Shown here: piece after piece, positions 1-5,156 of the stretch
How the letters are laid out: the number at the start of each line of letters is the position of its first letter
How positions within the stretch are numbered: the first letter of the stretch is position 1
Assembly (NCBI RefSeq): GCF_006345805.1
Contig: NW_021830516.1
Coordinates: forward strand, 1-5,156
DNA length: 5,156 bases
Origin: Octopus sinensis
Lineage: Eukaryota
Direction of reading: 5' to 3'
Notes under the pieces: model-generated
What the model was told of the DNA's origin: nothing
The model's input: only the letters and a program-made list of their open reading frames with translations
Databases searched by the model: none
Program-made: the position numbers and the translations under genes

Positions 1-179
1 TAAGTCAACAATGATTTATTATTAACAAATTGGTCATCTGAAATGGTCATCAGGATTTCGCTGCTGAAATGGTTCGATAGGTCAGCTTATAACATCTCAA
101 GGTAAGTCTTTTCCTCTGATGAAATTATGTCCATCTCACATAAATGCGAATTTAATGTACAAATGTATAGGCGCAGGAG

Positions 180-190
180 TGGCTGTGTGG
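180..190 (+). promoter_or_regulatory. RNA polymerase III internal promoter, A-box-like (SINE head)
   Basis: TGGCTGTGTGG versus consensus TRGCNNARYGG, one mismatch; lies 10 nt into the element. Confidence 0.7.
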
Positions 191-222
191 TAAGTAGCTT
201 GCTAACCAACCACATGGTTACG

Positions 223-233
223 GGTTCAGTCCC
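223..233 (+). promoter_or_regulatory. RNA polymerase III internal promoter, B-box-like (SINE head)
   Basis: GGTTCAGTCCC versus consensus GTTCRANNC, one mismatch; starts 43 nt after the A-box start, a tRNA-like spacing. Confidence 0.7.
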
Positions 234-332
234 ACTGCGTGGCATCTTGGGCAAGTGTCTTCTGCTATAGCCCCGGGCCGACCAATGCCTTGTGAGTGGA
301 TTTGGTAGACGGAAACTAAAAGAAGCCTGTCG

Positions 333-379
333 TATATATGTATATATATATGTATGTGTGTGTGTGTGCTTGCGTGTGT
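333..379. repeat. Compound (TA)n/(TG)n microsatellite inside the SINE
   Basis: TATATATGTATATATATATGTATGTGTGTGTGTGTGCTTGCGTGTGT, read directly. Confidence 0.95.
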
Positions 380-840
380 TTGTCCCCCTAGCACTGCTTG
401 ACAACCAATGCTGGTGTGTTTACGTCCCCGTCACTTAGCGGTTCGGCAAAAAGATACCGATAGAATAAGTACTGGGCTTACAAAGAATAAGTCCCAGGGT
501 CGATTTGCTCGACTAAAGGCGGTGCTCCAGCATGGCCGCAGTCGAAATGACTGAAACAAGTAAAAGAGAAAGACAAAGAGAAATTTGTAATTATATCATC
601 GCGTATTAATTGAAACGGCCGTAAGTAGCGAAGACGACCTATTCGTTAATAATAAATAATTGCTAAGTTCCTTGCCTCAGTTTTTACTTCCTTCTTTTAA
701 CGGGATTTAAACTATATGCTTAATACATATCTGTTGTTTCAAGGAAATTTCATTTTCCAACAACACTAGGTATTGAACCAGTGTTTCCTTGGGAGTAACC
801 ATCTCCTATCACGAGGATAACATATCTTCTAATTAAATCG

Positions 841-872
841 TATATATATATATGTATATATGTATGTATATA

Positions 873-926
<54 letters not shown>

Positions 927-934
927 TATATATA
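841..934. repeat. Interrupted (TA)n microsatellite
   Basis: 94 bp of TA units with a few TG/CA substitutions. Confidence 0.97.
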
Positions 935-1076
935 CTATCGTCATCATTAGCATCACCACCATCTCCATCATCAACATCGTCAATAACATCATCATCATCA
1001 TCATCATCGTCGTCGCCGTCAACATGATGATCATCATCATCATTATCGTCATCATAATCATCAAGATTATTGTCAT
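935..1076. repeat. Degenerate (CAT)n trinucleotide tract with CGT/CAC/CAA variants
   Basis: CATCATCAT core near 998-1017, with degenerate triplets in the same register on both sides. Confidence 0.9.
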
Positions 1077-1080
1077 GGCC

Positions 1081-1099
1081 ACTAGTGCTGCTGCTGCTG

Positions 1100-1135
<36 letters not shown>

Positions 1136-1210
1136 TTAATACGACTACTGCTGCTGCTGCCGCTGCTGCCGCTGCTGTCACCTCTACTACTACTATCACT
1201 ACTGCTGCTG

Positions 1211-1256
<46 letters not shown>

Positions 1257-1305
1257 CGCTGCTGCTGCTGCTGCTGCAACTACTACTACTACTACTGCTG
1301 CTGCA

Positions 1306-1346
<41 letters not shown>

Positions 1347-1389
1347 CCCTGCTGCCGCTGCCGCTGCTGCTGCTGCTGCTGCTGCTGCT
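1081..1389. repeat. Compound trinucleotide microsatellite: alternating (CTG)n and (CTA)n blocks, a short (CAC)n block and CCG variants
   Basis: Read directly; includes an exact 27-bp tandem duplication CTGCTGCTGCAA(CTA)5 at 1268-1294 and 1295-1321. Confidence 0.97.
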
Positions 1390-1413
1390 CAAGTCTTAAT
1401 ACACAGCCACTAG

Positions 1414-1730
1414 TCAAAACATTGCACGCAGACGAACGCACACGTATAGACTTTCACACGAATTCATATATATACACATGCCTACCGCATATACACTAAC
1501 GCATGCACAGTTATACACACACACACACATGCACACACACACATACACACGCGAATGCAAGTACGCCCGAGCGACCACTCGCGTGCGTTTGTGCATACAT
1601 ACATATATATGGACGTACATAATATAAATCTATGCATATAGACATCCATGCATACATAAATATATATACATACATATATATACCTATGTACATATACACA
1701 AGTACGCACGTACATAAGTACGCACGTTCT
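1414..1730. repeat. Degenerate CA/TA-rich low-complexity lead-in, with interrupted (AC)n at about 1515-1550
   Basis: Mostly alternating purine-pyrimidine; small direct repeat AAGTACGCACGT at 1700-1711 and 1716-1727. Confidence 0.75.
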
Positions 1731-2386
1731 TACATACATACAAACATACATACATTACATACATACATACATACACATATATACATACATACATACATAC
1801 ATACATGCATACATACACATATATACATACATACATACATACATTACATACATACATACATACACATATATACATACATACATACATACATACATACACA
1901 TATATACATACATACATACATACATACATACAAACATACATACATACATACATACATACATTACATACATACATACATACACATATATACATACATACAT
2001 ACATACATACATACATACACATATATACATACATACATACATACATACATACATACATACATACATACACATATATACATACATACATACATACATACAT
2101 ACACATATATACATACATACATACATACATACATACATACATACATACATGCATACATACACATATATACATACATACATACATACATACATACACATAT
2201 ATACATACATACATACATGCATACATACATACATATATATACATACATACATACATGCATACATATACATACATACATTACATACATACATACATATATA
2301 TACATACATACATACATGCATACATACATACATACGTACATACATACGTACATACATATACACACGCATACGGACATAGATACATA
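1731..2386. repeat. (CATA)n tetranucleotide array A, punctuated by CACATATATA and CATTA variants
   Basis: Long CATA runs with recurring variant units, read directly. Confidence 0.97.
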
Positions 2387-2387
2387 C

Positions 2388-2446
2388 GGTGTGTCTGTGT
2401 GTTCGTGTGAGCGCGTGTGCGTTTTTCTGTGTGTTTGTGTGTATAT
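2388..2446. repeat. Short GT-rich low-complexity patch in opposite orientation to the flanking CA-rich arrays
   Basis: GGTGTGTCTGTGTGTTCGTGTGAGCGCGTGTGCGTTTTTCTGTGTGTTTGTGTGTATAT between two CATA/CA arrays. Confidence 0.85.
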
Positions 2447-2710
2447 AAATACATACAAGCATACATACATATATATATATGTATACACACACAGACACAC
2501 GTACACGCATATACACACAAACATACATACATACAGACAGACATAGAAGCTACGTATACACATACATATAAACAAACATACAAACACACACACATACATA
2601 CATACATACATACATACATTCATACATACATAAATACAAACAGGCATACACACACACATGTATATATATATACGCACAGACAGACACTCTCATACACACA
2701 TACATACATA

Positions 2711-2879
2711 ATACATACATACACATATATACATACATGCATACATGCATACATGCATACATACATACTCACATACATACATACTCACATACATACATAC
2801 ACACATATATACACACATACACACATACATACAAACATACATGGATACATACATACATACACACATACATACATACACA
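2711..2879 (+). repeat. Direct repeat, copy 1 (169 bp, identical to 3310-3478)
   Basis: Aligned by eye base by base; all rare markers co-linear. Confidence 0.85.
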
Positions 2880-3309
2880 CATACATACATACACACATAC
2901 ATACATACACACATACATACACACATACATACATACACATATATACATACATACATACATACATACATACATACATACATACACACATACATACACACAT
3001 ACACACATACATACATACATACATACATACATACATACACACATATATACACACATACACACATACATACACACATACATACATACATACATACATACAA
3101 TACATACATACATACATACATACATACACACATACATACATACACACATACATACACACATACATACATACACATATATACATACATACATACATACATA
3201 CCTACATACATACATACAACATACATACATACATACATACACACATACATACCCACATACACATACACATATATACACACATACACACATCATACACACA
3301 TACATACAT

Positions 3310-3478
3310 ATACATACATACACATATATACATACATGCATACATGCATACATGCATACATACATACTCACATACATACATACTCACATACATACATACA
3401 CACATATATACACACATACACACATACATACAAACATACATGGATACATACATACATACACACATACATACATACACA
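3310..3478 (+). repeat. Direct repeat, copy 2 (169 bp, identical to 2711-2879)
   Basis: Aligned by eye base by base; all rare markers co-linear. Confidence 0.85.
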
Positions 3479-3932
3479 TACATACATACACACATACATA
3501 CATACACACATACATACACACATACATACATACATATCTACATACATACATACATACATACATACATACATACATACACACATACATACACACATACACA
3601 CATACATACATACATACATACATACATACATACACACATATATACAACACATACACACATACATACACACATACATACATACATACATCATACATACATA
3701 CATACATACATACACACATACATACACACATACATACATACACACATATATACACACATACACACATACATACATACATACATGGATACATACATACATA
3801 CACACACACACACATTCGACAGCGTTGCTTATGAATATTCCAGCCACGCCCACCCAGCTTAACGCACGCTTCTCGCTCCAAAACATTGACAAAAATCGCC
3901 AAAAAACACTGAAAAATATAACTACAGACTCT

Positions 3933-3980
3933 CCCCCCCCCCCACCCCCCCACACCTTCACCCCCCCACCTCTCGCCCCC
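3933..3980 (-). other. Putative G-quadruplex on the minus strand (i-motif on the plus strand)
   Basis: Plus-strand C runs C11 (3933-3943), C7 (3945-3951), C7 (3961-3967) and C5 (3976-3980), with loops of 1, 9 and 8 nt. Folding in vivo not shown. Confidence 0.6.
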
Positions 3981-4043
3981 GCCGCCGTCGCCGCCACAAC
4001 CACCACACTTATGTCGCCGCCGCCGCCACCACCACCACCACCG
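3980..4043. repeat. (CCG)n/(CCA)n trinucleotide tracts
   Basis: CGCCGCCGTCGCCGCCACAACCACCAC, then TCGCCGCCGCCGCCACCACCACCACCACCG. Confidence 0.85.
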
Positions 4044-4048
4044 CGCAG

Positions 4049-4140
4049 AGAAATACAAAAAAGAAAAAAAAATAAAAGAAACACCAAAAAGAAAAAACAA
4101 AAACCCCCCAAAAAGAGCCGAAGTAAAAAAAGAAATAAAT
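4049..4140. repeat. A-rich low-complexity tract
   Basis: Multiple A5-A9 runs separated by 1-6 other bases. Confidence 0.85.
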
Positions 4141-4198
4141 ATAGTTTTTAAATTTATTTCATTACTGTTGTTGTTGTTGCTATCGTTTTAGTCAGCGA

Positions 4199-4229
<31 letters not shown>
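4199..4229. repeat. (GGC)n trinucleotide repeat with GGT interruptions, preceded by (GTT)4 at 4167-4178
   Basis: TGGCGGCGGCGGCGGTGGCGGCGGCGGCGGT, read directly. Confidence 0.92.
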
Positions 4230-4361
4230 GCTAAGACTCGTTCCAGCATTATTTTCACAATATCCTTAATATTATTCTTATCATTGTGAATGCGAGTTCG
4301 GTGCGATGTGAGTCTTAGACGTAACGCGCGTGCACCACGCGTGTACGCACATTACATAGGA

Positions 4362-4997
4362 ATACATACACGCATACATACATACATACACGCATACATA
4401 CATACATACATACATCATATATACATACATACATAATACATACATACATACATACATACATCATATATACATACATACATACATACATACATACATCATA
4501 TATACATACATACATACATGCATACATACATACATACATACATCATATATACATACATACATGCATACATACATGCATACATACATACATACATACATCA
4601 TACATAATACATACATACATGCATACATACATACATACATACATTCATACATACAAACATACATACATACATACATACATACATGCATACATACATACAT
4701 ACATACATCATATATACATACATACATACATACATACATACATACACACATACATACATACATGAATACATAATACATACATACATGCATACATACATAC
4801 ATGCATACATACATACATACAGACATACATACATACATACATACACACATACATACATACATACATACATACATACATACATTCATACATACAAACATAC
4901 ATACATACATACATACATACATACCTACATACATACATACATGCATACATACATAAATATATACATACATACATACGTACATGCATACATACATACA

Positions 4998-5000
<3 letters not shown>
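4362..5000. repeat. (CATA)n tetranucleotide array C with CATCATATATA, CATG and CATTCATA variants
   Basis: Long CATA runs with recurring variants, read directly. Confidence 0.97.

Positions 5001-5030
<30 letters not shown>
5001..5030. repeat. Perfect (AT)15 microsatellite
   Basis: 30 uninterrupted alternating A/T bases. Confidence 0.97.
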
Positions 5031-5034
<4 letters not shown>

Positions 5035-5156
5035 AGATGTATATATGTATATGTATGGATGCGTGTATGTTTCGCGAACGTGTATCGCTTTGGATGTAAT
5101 TTATACGGAATTCTTTTTCCTTTTTATGTACAATTATGAAATATTATATAAATACA

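Larger units (their letters stand above)
170..583 (+). mobile_element. tRNA-derived SINE, apparently full length, CORE-like; resembles the abundant Octopus OR-type SINEs (family name from memory, unverified)
   Basis: Starts GGCGCAGGAGTGGCTGTGTGG at 170. Pol III A-box-like (180-190) and B-box-like (223-233) motifs. Residual acceptor-stem pairing GCGCAG 171-176 with CTGCGT 235-240. CORE-like GGCATCTTGGGCAAGTGTCTT at 241-261. Internal (TA)/(TG) microsatellite 333-379. 3' body ends ...GACTGAAACAAGT, followed by tail AAAGAG-AAAGAC-AAAGAG-AAA (563-583). No clean target-site duplication seen. Confidence 0.88.
2447..3814. repeat. Mixed (CATA)n/(CACA) array B containing an internal ~599-bp tandem duplication; ends in (CA)7
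   Basis: CATA runs interleaved with CACA; rare markers CATG x3, CTCA x2, CAAA and CATGGATA recur at an offset of 599. Confidence 0.95.

Noticed and set aside
31-73. Small direct repeats TGGTCATC (31, 44) and CTGAAATGGT (38, 64)
   Set aside because: Too short and too close to the window edge to interpret.
170-245. Functional tRNA gene
   Set aside because: Anticodon and T arms do not pair properly, and the sequence runs directly into the SINE body; treated as a SINE head.
87-404. 105-aa minus-strand ORF
   Set aside because: Starts at TTG and is mostly the antisense of the SINE and its microsatellite.
155-595. Possible target-site duplication of the SINE (AAATGTA at 161-167 versus AAATTTGTA at 581-589)
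   Set aside because: Not an exact repeat, short, AT-rich, and overlapping the tail; cannot be distinguished from chance.
750-840. Minus-strand peptide RRYVILVIGDGYSQGN, reminiscent of alkaline-phosphatase (VILxIGDG) or VWA motifs
   Set aside because: Only a short resemblance; followed by a stop within about 14 codons, preceded by (TA)n, with no convincing splice sites or other domain motifs.
829-1392. Ser-rich then Asp-rich ORF resembling acidic biomineralisation proteins
   Set aside because: TTG start, runs into a (TA)n-derived YIYI tail, and is fully explained by the trinucleotide tract, which is open in most frames.
1024-1413. Signal-peptide-like plus Thr/Ala mucin-like ORF (also the poly-Leu and poly-Val frames)
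   Set aside because: Direct translations of (CAT)n/(CTA)n/(CTG)n with near-uniform codons; no independent coding evidence.
651-4139. AATAAA hexamers at 651, 4071 and 4134 as polyadenylation signals
   Set aside because: Expected by chance in AT/A-rich sequence, with no supported transcript.
4198-4269. ATG in good Kozak context encoding MAAAAVAAAAVLRLVPALFSQYP
   Set aside because: Only 23 aa, about half derived from the GGC repeat, and it stops before any donor site.
1731-5000. CRISPR-like repeat-spacer array
   Set aside because: No constant repeat with unique spacers; all intervening sequence is CATA-derived and the context is eukaryotic.
1414-5036. Numerous long HTYI/MYVC-repeat ORFs on both strands
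   Set aside because: Pure CATA/TATG repeats contain no stop codon in any frame, so overlapping ORFs are expected artefacts.

Overview
AT-rich, non-coding eukaryotic DNA dominated by repeats. The likely source is an octopus genome, inferred from my recollection of the SINE at 170-583 and the very high microsatellite load, not from a database search. Layout: short unique flank (1-169); a full-length-looking tRNA-derived SINE with CORE-like motif, internal microsatellite and (AAAGAG)n tail (170-583); unique AT-rich spacer; (TA)n (841-934); compound trinucleotide tract (CAT)n then (CTG/CTA)n (935-1389); and three long (CATA)n/(CA)n arrays (about 1731-2386, 2447-3814, 4362-5000). The arrays are separated by a short inverted GT-rich patch (2388-2446) and a GC/CpG-rich island (3815-4361), and the last ends in (AT)15. 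No protein-coding gene is supportable: nearly all listed ORFs are translations of simple repeats, and several begin at TTG/GTG. I see no convincing novel biological system. The best leads are structural: a ~599-bp tandem duplication hidden in the middle array, array-private variant motifs, twin hairpins at the SINE 3' end, and the GC island with its G4/i-motif tract, inverted CCG/CGG repeats and Sp/KLF-type site.
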